Shown in pieces: positions 1 through 8,800 of a DNA stretch of 45,391 bases (positions are counted from its first letter, which is position 1; the number at the start of each line of letters is the position of its first letter). Origin of the DNA: Solirubrobacterales bacterium (GTDB lineage Bacteria > Actinomycetota > Thermoleophilia > Solirubrobacterales > 70-9); assembly GCA_036561205.1 (NCBI GenBank), contig DATBPT010000059.1, positions 1-45,391 on the forward strand, in the 5' to 3' direction. The position numbers and the translations under genes are program-made. Under the pieces are notes generated by a model. The model made no database searches. It saw only the letters and a list, made by a program, of their open reading frames with translations, and had not been told where the DNA came from.

Positions 1-1
1 A

Positions 2-202
2 CATGGCTCGGTCACGGTCGCCGGCGTCAGCCTCACCGTCGCGGCGCTCGGCGACGACTGGGTCGAGGTCTCGCTGATCCCCGAAACGCTCGAACGGACA
101 ACGCTCGGCGCGGCGGCGGAGGGCACGCGGGTCAACCTCGAGGTCGACGTGATCGCAAGGTATGTCGAGCGCCTTCTACGCTTCAAGCAGAAAGGGAGCT
201 GA
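2..202 (+). CDS. ribE: Riboflavin synthase alpha chain, C-terminal fragment (5' end outside window)
   Basis: Hand translation from nt 2 gives [66 protein letters not shown], a typical second lumazine-binding repeat. The TGA at 200-202 overlaps the ribBA ATG at 202. It sits in rib operon context. Confidence 0.85.
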   Translation, partial: HGSVTVAGVSLTVAALGDDWVEVSLIPETLERTTLGAAAEGTRVNLEVDVIARYVERLLRFKQKGS

Positions 203-1488
203 TGTCCGAGGCAGCAACGCAGACCGCGTTTTCAACGATCGAAGAGGCGATCGACGAGATCCGCCGCGGGCGAATGGTGGTCGTCTGCGACGACGAGAAC
301 CGAGAGAACGAGGGCGACCTGACGATGGCCGCCCAGTTCGCGACCCCGGAGGCGATCAACTTCATGGCCAAGGAGGGCAGGGGGCTGGTCTGCCTGACCC
401 TGACCGGCGAGCGCTGCGACGAGCTCGGCCTCAACCTGATGGCGGCCAAGAACGAGGCGCCGCTGCAAACCGCCTTCACGGTCTCGGTCGAGGCGCGCGA
501 GGGTGTCACCACCGGGATCTCGGCCGCCGACCGCGCGCACACGATCCAGGTCGCGATCGACCCGCGCTCGACCCCCGAGTCACTCGTTCAGCCCGGCCAC
601 GTCTTCCCCCTGCGAGCCAAGGACGGCGGCGTGCTCGAGCGCGCCGGCCAGACCGAGGCCGCGGTCGACCTCGCCCGGCTCGCGGGCCTCAACCCGGCGG
701 GCGTGATCTGCGAGATCATGAACGACGACGGGACCATGGCCCGGGTCCCGGATCTCGTCCCATATTGCGAGCAGCACGGCCTGAAGATGATCACGGTCGC
801 CGACCTGATCGCCTACCGGCGCCGCACAGAGCGCCTGGTCGAGCGGGTCGTCGCGACCAAGCTGCCGACCGCGTTCGGCGAGTTCACGGCGGTCGGCTAC
901 CGCTCGCTGCTAGACGACAAGCACCACGTGGCGATGGTCAAGGGCAACGTCTCCGGGGCCGAGGACGTGCTCGTCCGCGTGCACTCCGAGTGCCTCACCG
1001 GGGACGTCTTCCATTCGCTGCGCTGCGACTGCGGCGAGCAGCTCGAGGCGGCGATGGCGATGATCGAGAAGCAGGGCTCGGGTGTGCTCCTCTACCTCTC
1101 CCAGGAGGGGCGCGGGATCGGGCTGCTGAACAAGCTGCGCGCCTACAAGCTCCAGGAGGAGGGTCTCGACACCGTCGACGCCAACCTCAAGCTCGGCCTG
1201 CCGGCCGACCTGCGCGACTACGGGATCGGCGCCCAGATCCTCGTCGACCTCGGCCTCACCAGCATCCGCATCCTCACCAACAACCCGAAGAAGATCCACG
1301 GGCTCGAGGGCTACGGGCTCTCGGTCGCCGAGCAGGTACCGATCCAGTCGATCCCCAATCCTCACAACGAGGAGTACCTGAACGCGAAGCGCGACAAGAT
1401 GGGCCATGTCCTCCACCATCAGGGCCTGCCGCTCGACGAGGAGCTGCTCCACGACGAGCACGAGCGCGACGAGGAGAGCGGTGTCTGA
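202..1488 (+). CDS. ribBA: Bifunctional 3,4-dihydroxy-2-butanone-4-phosphate synthase / GTP cyclohydrolase II
   Basis: 428 aa. The N-terminal half has the DHBP synthase signature ([16 protein letters not shown]...[17 protein letters not shown]). The C-terminal half has the GTP cyclohydrolase II zinc motif ([24 protein letters not shown]) and LLTNNPKK-like ILTNNPKK. Confidence 0.97.
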   Translation: MSEAATQTAFSTIEEAIDEIRRGRMVVVCDDENRENEGDLTMAAQFATPEAINFMAKEGRGLVCLTLTGERCDELGLNLMAAKNEAPLQTAFTVSVEAREGVTTGISAADRAHTIQVAIDPRSTPESLVQPGHVFPLRAKDGGVLERAGQTEAAVDLARLAGLNPAGVICEIMNDDGTMARVPDLVPYCEQHGLKMITVADLIAYRRRTERLVERVVATKLPTAFGEFTAVGYRSLLDDKHHVAMVKGNVSGAEDVLVRVHSECLTGDVFHSLRCDCGEQLEAAMAMIEKQGSGVLLYLSQEGRGIGLLNKLRAYKLQEEGLDTVDANLKLGLPADLRDYGIGAQILVDLGLTSIRILTNNPKKIHGLEGYGLSVAEQVPIQSIPNPHNEEYLNAKRDKMGHVLHHQGLPLDEELLHDEHERDEESGV

Positions 1489-1918
1489 GTACGCGATCTG
1501 CGTCGCGACCTTCTACGAGGACCTGGCGGAGCGGCTCGTCAACGGCGCGACCGAGGCCTTCGTCGACCACGGCGTCGGCGCGGCTTCGATCCAGGTGTTC
1601 GAGGTTCCCGGCGCCTTCGAGCTGCCCTACGCGGCCAAGCTCTGCGCCGACAGCGGCCGCTTCGACGGGGTGGCGTGCCTCGGCGTCGTGATCCGCGGCG
1701 AGACCGACCACTACGAGTTCGTCTGCTCCGAGGCGGCCCGCGGGATCCAGAACGTGCAGCTCTCGACCGGGGTTCCCTGCGCCTTCGGCGTGATCACCTG
1801 CGACACCCGCGAGCAGGCGGAGGCGCGGGCGGGGGGCGACAAGCGCGACCAGGGTCGCCACGCGGCCGAGGCGGTGCTGCGCTCGGCCGAGCTGCGCGCC
1901 TCGCTGAGCCCGAACTAG
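1481..1918 (+). CDS. ribH: 6,7-dimethyl-8-ribityllumazine synthase
   Basis: An in-frame GTG at 1481 overlaps the ribBA stop. [23 protein letters not shown]...[15 protein letters not shown]...[14 protein letters not shown] is the classic lumazine synthase core. The upstream part of track ORF 1406.. is Ser/Thr/Arg-rich overlap with ribBA and was rejected. Confidence 0.93.
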   Translation: MSEYAICVATFYEDLAERLVNGATEAFVDHGVGAASIQVFEVPGAFELPYAAKLCADSGRFDGVACLGVVIRGETDHYEFVCSEAARGIQNVQLSTGVPCAFGVITCDTREQAEARAGGDKRDQGRHAAEAVLRSAELRASLSPN

Positions 1919-1938
1919 CCGCTACCATCCCGCCCGCA

Positions 1939-2130
1939 ATGGCCAAGGTTTGCTTCAGCTGCGGCAAGGGCCCGGCGTTCGGGAACTCGCGCAGCCACTC
2001 GATGGTCGCCACCCGGCGGCGCTTCAATCCGAACCTGCAGAAGGTCCGCATCGACGACGGCGGGCGCCCCCGCCGGGTCTACGTCTGCACGCGCTGCCTG
2101 AAGGCCGACAAGGTCACCAAGCACGCGTAG
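1939..2130 (+). CDS. rpmB: 50S ribosomal protein L28
   Basis: 63 aa, MAKVCFSCGKGPAFGNSRSHSMVATRRRFNPNLQKVRI..., a typical L28. ATG at 1939 lies inside the longer track ORF 1675..2130. Confidence 0.95.
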   Translation: MAKVCFSCGKGPAFGNSRSHSMVATRRRFNPNLQKVRIDDGGRPRRVYVCTRCLKADKVTKHA

Positions 2131-2159
2131 GTCCCGGCTGGGAGTAAGGTCCCCGCGCC

Positions 2160-3794
2160 GTGCCGGACTCTTCCATCGTTCGCTTTCGCCACGTGGTGGG
2201 CGTCGCGCTCGCCCATCTCGAGGCGAGGCGCGAGGAGATCAACGACCTCAACGTGTTCCCGGTCGCCGATGGCGACACCGGCGACAACATGGCACTGACC
2301 ATGCACCACGTGCTCGAGGAGCTCGACCAGCTCGAGCGCACCGCCGACGGCGACCCGCGCCGGCCGGAGATCGTGCGCGAGGTGGCGCGCGCGGCGCTGC
2401 TGGGGGCGCGCGGGAACTCGGGCGTGATCCTGAGCCAGATCGTGCGCGGCGCCGCCGAGAAGGTGGCGACGCCGCCCGGCCGCCTGATCGACCCGGAGCT
2501 GATCGAGGCCGCGCTCACGAACGCCAGCGAGGCCGCCTACGCCTCCGTGCGCGAGCCCGCCGAGGGCACGATGCTGACCGTGATCAGGGCGATGGCCGAG
2601 GCGGTCGCCGAGCGGCGCTCGCAATGGCTGCGCGAGCGCCTCGACCCCGATGCGACCGCCGAGGAGCAGAACGCGCTGCTCGCCGAGATGCTGGCGACGG
2701 CGCTGTTCGCCGGCGAGGAGGCGGTCCGCCACACGCCTGAGCAGCTCGACGTGCTTGCCGAGGCCGGGGTCGTCGATGCGGGCGCGCTCGGGCTCGTGGT
2801 GATCATTCGCGGGATGGTCTCCGGGCTCGCTGGCGAGCAGGTGCAGCTGCCGGAGATCCCCCACTACGCCGCCGCCCGCCTCGACCAGGTCCATCACGCC
2901 GACTCCGCCTACCGCTATTGCACCAACTTCATCGTCACCGGCGACGGCCTCGAGGGGGACTCGTTCGTACCCGGGCTCGAGCAGCTCGGCGACTCGGTCC
3001 TCGTCGTCGGCGACGAGGCAACGCTCAAGGTCCACGTCCACACCGACGATCCCGACGCCGCCAAGAAGCTGTTCGCCGGGGCCGGCGAGGTGACCCGCGA
3101 GGACATCGCCGACATGCACGAGCAGGTCGCCGAGCAGCGGGCACGACTGGGGGCGGGCCGGTCCGGGGTCGTCGCCGTCGCCAGCGGCGAGGGCATGCGA
3201 GCGCTGTTCGAGAGCCTCGGCGCGCTCGTCGTCGACGGCGGCCCGACGCTCAACCCGCCGACCAAGGACCTGCTCGCTGCGATCGACTCGTGTCTCGCCG
3301 ACGAGGTCGTCGTGCTGCCCAACTCGAGCAACGTGCTGATGGCGGCTGAGGAGGCGGCGCGGTTGGCGGGCAAGTCCGAGCGCAAGGTCGTCGTCGTCGC
3401 GTCGCAATCGCAGCAGGCGGCGCTCGCGGCGCTGGTCGAGTTCGACGAAGAGGACGACGCGGACGCGAACGCGAAGCGGCTCGAGCGCGGTCTGGCGACG
3501 ATCCGGGTCGGCGCGGTCGCCCCGGCCGCCCGCGACGATGCCGACGGCCGCTTCCGCCGCGGGGACTCGGTCGGCTTCGCCGACGGCGAACTCGTCGCCT
3601 GGGGCGGCGCCGGCTCGACCCTGATCGACACCGTGTCGGCGCTCGCGGACGGGGCCGAGATCGTCACCGTGATCGAGGGCGCCGAGGCGCCGCTGGCGCT
3701 CTCCGAGCTCGGCCTCGAGCTCGACGACGGCACCGAGCTCGAGCTGCAACGCGGCGGCACTCCGAACTACTCCTGGCTGATCGCGGTCCAATGA
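2160..3794 (+). CDS. DAK2 domain-containing protein, YloV/FakA (fatty-acid kinase A-like) family
   Basis: 544 aa. The N-terminal DAK2 motif is present (VFPVADGDTGDNMALT, ARGNSGVILSQ). It occupies the conserved position between rpmB and recG, as yloV/fakA does in Firmicutes. Confidence 0.9.
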   Translation: MPDSSIVRFRHVVGVALAHLEARREEINDLNVFPVADGDTGDNMALTMHHVLEELDQLERTADGDPRRPEIVREVARAALLGARGNSGVILSQIVRGAAEKVATPPGRLIDPELIEAALTNASEAAYASVREPAEGTMLTVIRAMAEAVAERRSQWLRERLDPDATAEEQNALLAEMLATALFAGEEAVRHTPEQLDVLAEAGVVDAGALGLVVIIRGMVSGLAGEQVQLPEIPHYAAARLDQVHHADSAYRYCTNFIVTGDGLEGDSFVPGLEQLGDSVLVVGDEATLKVHVHTDDPDAAKKLFAGAGEVTREDIADMHEQVAEQRARLGAGRSGVVAVASGEGMRALFESLGALVVDGGPTLNPPTKDLLAAIDSCLADEVVVLPNSSNVLMAAEEAARLAGKSERKVVVVASQSQQAALAALVEFDEEDDADANAKRLERGLATIRVGAVAPAARDDADGRFRRGDSVGFADGELVAWGGAGSTLIDTVSALADGAEIVTVIEGAEAPLALSELGLELDDGTELELQRGGTPNYSWLIAVQ

Positions 3795-4531
3795 CCCTCC
3801 TCGAGGAGGTGCTCGAGGCCCACGGCGGTCGCGAGCGCTGGGCGAGCACGAGGACTATCCGCGGCAGGGTGCGCTCGGGCGGCCTGCTGATCCGTACCCG
3901 AGTCCCGGGCAACGGCTTCCGCGACGGGCGGATCGAGGTCACGGTTGGCGACCCGGTCAGCTCCGCGGGCCCGTTCCCGCGCCAGGGCCAGCGCGGCGTC
4001 TTCGACCACGGCGCCGTTCGGATCGAAACCGAGGACGGCGAGGTGCTCGAGGCGCGCGAGCAACCCCGGGAGCTGTTCTTCGGCCGCCGCGGACTGCGGC
4101 GAAATCTGCGCTGGGATGCGCTCGACGCGATCTACTTCGCCGGCTATGCGTGGTGGAACTACCTCAACGTGCCCTACCTGCTCGCCCGCGATGGCGTCCG
4201 TGTGACCGAGGTCGAGCCGTGGCGGGAAGCGGACGGCGCGCAGACCTGGCGACGGCTCGAGGCGCGCTTCCCCGCGGAGCTCGACACGCACTCCGAGCGC
4301 CAGCTCTTCTACTACGACAGCGACCTGCGGCTGCGGCGCCACGACTACACGGCCGAGGTCGTCGGCGGCTGGGCGCGGGCGGCGCACATGTGCGCGGATC
4401 ACGTCGAGGTCGGTGGGCTCCTGTTCCCGACCCGGCGCTGGGTGCGCCCGGTCGGCCCCGGCAACCGCCCGCTGCCGGCGCCGACGCTGGTCTCGCTGCA
4501 ACTCTCGGAGATCGAGGTCGAGGGCGAATGA
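3791..4531 (+). CDS. Hypothetical protein, 246 aa, no motif recognised
   Basis: Balanced amino-acid composition. Its ATG overlaps the yloV stop (ATGA) and its own stop overlaps the next ATG (ATGA at 4528-4531). Aromatic-rich core IYFAGYAWWNYLNVPYLL. Confidence 0.6.
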   Translation: MTLLEEVLEAHGGRERWASTRTIRGRVRSGGLLIRTRVPGNGFRDGRIEVTVGDPVSSAGPFPRQGQRGVFDHGAVRIETEDGEVLEAREQPRELFFGRRGLRRNLRWDALDAIYFAGYAWWNYLNVPYLLARDGVRVTEVEPWREADGAQTWRRLEARFPAELDTHSERQLFYYDSDLRLRRHDYTAEVVGGWARAAHMCADHVEVGGLLFPTRRWVRPVGPGNRPLPAPTLVSLQLSEIEVEGE

Positions 4532-5292
4532 GCGAACGCAGGCCGCTGCTGTGGCACATCCCGGTCTCTCACTACAGCGAGAAGGCCCGCTGGGCGCTGG
4601 CCTGGAAGCGGGTCGAGCACGACCGCCGTGCACCGATCCCCGGCGCCCACATCGCATACGCCCTGTGGCTCACCCGCGGCGCCTACAAGACGTTCCCGGT
4701 CCTGCGCCTCGAGGGGCGCAACATCGGCGACTCGAGCGCGATCATCGCCGCGCTCGAGCAGAGCCGGCCCGAGCGCCCGCTGTATCCCGAAGACCCGGCC
4801 GACCGCCGCCGGGCGCTTGAGCTCGAGGACTGGTTCGACGAGCAGCTCGGCCCGCAGATCCGCCTGCTCGCCTGGCATGAGCTGCGGGCCGACCCGGCGC
4901 GGATGGAGGAGCTCGGCCACGGGATGATGCCGCGCGCGATTCGCGACAACCGGTTCGTCCGCGCGGCGTCCGGACGCTTCGGCTCCGCCTATGTGCAGCT
5001 GCGTTTCCGCGTCGCCGACGAGGGCAAGGCGGCCACGGCGAGGTCCGGGGTGATCGAGGCGCTCGACCGTCTCGAGGCCGAGCTCGACTCCGGCGGCGGC
5101 GAATATCTGGTCGGCGAGGCGTTCTCGGTCGCCGATCTGACCGCGGCGTCGCTCCTCTATCCGGTCGTCAACCCGCCCGAGGGGCCGCGGATCATCCCCG
5201 ACGGGAACCCGGCGCTGGAGCAGTTCTTCGGTCCACTCCGCGAGCGTCCCGGCGGCCGCTGGGTGAGCGAGATGTTCGCCCGCCACCGCTAG
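4528..5292 (+). CDS. Glutathione S-transferase family protein
   Basis: 254 aa starting at the internal ATG of track ORF 4150... The N-terminal thioredoxin-like part reads LLWHIPVSHYSEKARWALAWK...FPVLRLEGRNIGDSSAIIAALE. A helical C-terminal domain follows (GEAFSVADLTAASLLYP). Confidence 0.75.
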   Translation: MSERRPLLWHIPVSHYSEKARWALAWKRVEHDRRAPIPGAHIAYALWLTRGAYKTFPVLRLEGRNIGDSSAIIAALEQSRPERPLYPEDPADRRRALELEDWFDEQLGPQIRLLAWHELRADPARMEELGHGMMPRAIRDNRFVRAASGRFGSAYVQLRFRVADEGKAATARSGVIEALDRLEAELDSGGGEYLVGEAFSVADLTAASLLYPVVNPPEGPRIIPDGNPALEQFFGPLRERPGGRWVSEMFARHR

Positions 5293-5299
5293 ACGGTGG

Positions 5300-5776
5300 T
5301 CAGGCGATCTCGACGATCGCCTCGACCTCGACCGGGACGTCGAAGGGGAGCTGGGCGGCGCCGATCGCCGAGCGCGCATGGCGGCCGGCCGGATCGCCCC
5401 AGAGCTCGAGGATCAGATCGGTGAACCCGTTGATCACCGCCGGCGGCTTGTCGAACCCCGGCGCACACTGGACCAGGCCGAGCGCCTTCACCCATTGGCG
5501 CACCCGGTCGAGGTCGCCGAGCTCCGCCTGCAGCGACGCCAGGATCGAGAGCGTCGTCAGCCGCGCGGCCTCGATTCCCTGCTCGAGGTCGAGCTCGCCT
5601 CCGACCCGGCCGGTGGCCAGGACATCGGGGCCGTCCATCGGCAGGTGGCCGGAGACATAGGCGAGATTGCCATGGACGTGGACCAGGTCGAACTTGAATT
5701 CGACCCCGGGGGGCGCCGCGAACGGCCGCGGCAACTCGAGCCCGAGCTCGCTCAGCCTGTCGGTGATCCGTCCCAT
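5300..5776 (-). CDS. RidA/YjgF-like (endoribonuclease L-PSP family) protein
   Basis: 158 aa. ...NLAYVSGHLPMDG...ARLTTLSILASLQAELGDLDRV...RHARSAIGAAQLPFDVPVEVEAIVEI is the typical RidA-fold family pattern. Confidence 0.85.
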   Translation of the reverse strand: MGRITDRLSELGLELPRPFAAPPGVEFKFDLVHVHGNLAYVSGHLPMDGPDVLATGRVGGELDLEQGIEAARLTTLSILASLQAELGDLDRVRQWVKALGLVQCAPGFDKPPAVINGFTDLILELWGDPAGRHARSAIGAAQLPFDVPVEVEAIVEIA

Positions 5777-5805
5777 CCCAACCGGAATCTAGCCTGTGCG
5801 ACGAG

Positions 5806-8800
5806 GTGAGCATTCCACGAGCCATCGGTACAGGTGAGGAGCAGGATCGAAAGTCGTTGCGCGGGGCCGAGCTGCGTAGCCTGCCGCGGCCGAGTCGCCT
5901 GGCTACCCCGATCTCCTCGCTCAAGGGTGCGGGGCCGAAGCTGACGGCGGCCGCCGCCGCGATTGGGATCGAGACCCTGGAGGACCTGCTCTGGCACGTG
6001 CCCCATGGTCACCGCGACCGCGCCGGCGTCCGCGAGGTCGCCGATCTGCGGATCGGCGAGGAGGCGACGGTGATGGTCTCCGTCCGCTCGGCCCGAGTGC
6101 GGCCGACCAGGCGGCGCAACCTGAGGTTGGTCGAGGCCGCGGTCTCGGATTCGAGCGGGCCGATGAAGGCGGTTTGGTTCAACCAGGCCTATCTCGCCGA
6201 GCGGCTGCAACCGGGCACCCGCCTGCTCCTCAACGGCAAGCTCGATCGCTCCGGCTTCCGGGTGGCCACCCACGAGATCGTCGCCGGCGGCGGGCCGGCG
6301 CCGGCAAAGGCCGGGCTCCACACGACCGGGATCGTCCCCGTCCACAACGCCACCCGCGAGCTCTCCGCGAACCGGCTGCGGGAGTGGATCTGGCAGGCGG
6401 TCGGCCGGGCCGGCGACGCGATTGAGTCGCTGCCCGCCGAGCTTCGAGTCCGTCGCCGCCTTGCCTCGCAGTCCGACGCGCTTCGCTGCGCCCACTTCCC
6501 GGACTCGCCGGAGCAGGGAACTATGGCCCGGGACAGGCTCGCTTTCGAGGAGCTCTGCTTACACCAGGCGGCGTTGGCGATGCGCCGTGGGGCCCGTCGT
6601 GACGCACGGCCCGGGATCGCCTTCGAGCCCGCCGGCGAGCTGGTCGCCGGCTGGCTCGATTCGCTGCCGTTCGAGCCGACCGCGGGTCAGCTCGGCGCCT
6701 TCGACGAGATCGACGCCGACCTCGCGGCGGGGCGGCCGATGCAGCGGCTGCTGATGGGAGAGGTCGGCAGCGGCAAGGCGCAACCGCTTGATGCGCTTGT
6801 TCTGACGCCCTGCGGGTTTCGGACCATGGGGTCGCTCGAGGTCGGCGATGCGGTGACGGCGCCGGATGGCACGGCCGCGGAGGTCGCCGGGGTCTTCCCG
6901 CAAGGGGTCCGGGATGTTTGGCGGGTTTCGTTCTCGGACGGGACGTCGGCCGAGTGCGACGCCGATCACCTTTGGGAGGTGCAGACGAGCTCCGCGCGAT
7001 GGCGCGGAGACGCGAGGAAGGTCATGACACTGCGAGAAATCGCAGCTGACATGCTTCGGCCGTCTGGGAGTCCAAAGTGGCACGTGGAGCTTCCAGTTGC
7101 GGCCGACCTTGACGGGGCCGGTCCTAGGCCGTTGGACCCGTACTTGCTCGGTCTATTGCTTGGTGACGGGGGGCTGTCGATCCCGGATCGGGTCCGCTTC
7201 AGTAGCGCTGACGGCGAGCTCGTAGAGGCCGTCCGCCAACTGATTCCCGATGGGTGTCGGCTTCGGCGCGAGGCGACCCGACAGTACGACTGGCTCGTGA
7301 TGGGTGCCAGGCTCGCGGTTGACAAGGCCGCGCTGCGCCGTGCACGGCGCGGCGATCGGGTCTCCCTGGCAGCTGCCTATGACGGCGGGGCTAGCTGCGA
7401 GATGATCGGAGAGCGGATCGGCCTCGGCCCTGGGACTGTGCGTTACCACCTGCTTCGCCATGGCGTCCGAATGCGAACCCCGCATCGCTCGATCAACGTG
7501 GTCCGCCAGGCGCTTGACTCGCTCGGTTTGATGGGTAAGCGATCAGCTGCGAAGTCCGTGCCGAGGCCTTACCTGGTCGCCCCCGTCATCGATCGTCACG
7601 CTCTGCTGCAGGGCCTTCTGGACACCGATGGAACGCTGGATGCGAAGAGCGGTTCCAACGTGAGTTTTACATCAGCCTCTCGCCAGCTCGCGGAAGACGT
7701 CGCGTGGCTTGTCCGTTCACTGGGCGGGCGTGCACGTTGTCGATCGGTAACAAAGGCTGGCGGGGAGTATTGGACGACAAGTGTTGCCCTCCCCAACGAG
7801 TATCCGCCGTTTCGGCTGCGCAGGAAAGCGCGCCTAGTTCGGCCGCGAACGAAGTACGCGCACCCAGCAAAAGGGATCGTCGCTGTCGAGCCCGTTGGGC
7901 GGAAGCGGGTGCAGTGCATTGCGATCACGCACCCGAGCCAGCTCTACATCACGGATGGGTTCACGATTACCCACAACACCGTGGTCGCCGTCTACGCGAT
8001 GCTGCGGGCGCTCGAGGCCGGCCGCCAGGCGGCGATGATGGCGCCGACTGAGACGCTCGCCGAGCAGCACGCGGCGACGCTCGACGCCCTGCTCGCGCCG
8101 ATCGAGGGGATGGCGATCCCGTTCGCGCTGCTGACCGGGGCGACGCCGCCCGCCCGCCGCCGCGAGACGCTCGGGCGCCTGGCCAGCGGCGAGCTCGGGC
8201 TCGTCGTCGGCACGCACGCGCTGATCGAGCCCGACGTGCGCTTCGGCGGGCTCGCGGTATGCATCGTCGACGAGCAGCACCGCTTCGGTGTCCGCCAGCG
8301 CGCGGCGCTCGACGCCAAGGGGCCGGGGGAGGCGGCGCCGCACGTCCTCCACATGACCGCGACGCCGATCCCGCGAACGCTCTCGCTGACCGCCTACGGC
8401 GACCTCGACGCGACCACGATTCGGGAGCTGCCCGCCGGTCGCCGGCCGGTAAAGACCTGGGTCGTCGGCGAGGAGAAGCGCGCCGGTGCCTACGAGTTCA
8501 TCCGCGAGCGCCTGCGGGAGGGGCGCCAGGCATACGTCGTCTGCCCGCTGGTCGCCGACTCCGAGAAGTTGCGAGCGAAGGCGGCCGGGGCGGAGGCCGA
8601 GCGCCTGCGCGCCGGCGAGCTGGCGGACTTCCGGATCGGCCTCCTGCACGGCCAGATGTCGTCGCGAGAGAAGGCCGAGGCGATGGACGAGTTCGTCGCC
8701 GGGCGCACCGACGTGCTCGTGGCGACGACCGTGATCGAGGTCGGGATCGACGTCTCCAACGCGACCGTGATGCTGATCGAGGGCGCCGAGCGCTTCGGCC

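Noticed and set aside
162-1691. 509-aa plus-strand ORF overlapping ribBA and ribH in another frame
   Set aside because: It is about one-third Arg, Pro and Gly. The ribBA and ribH frames carry the enzyme signatures.
2079-3791. 570-aa minus-strand ORF opposite yloV
   Set aside because: Same artefact type. Its low-complexity R/G/A/D/L composition contrasts with the clear DAK2 motifs in the plus-strand frame.
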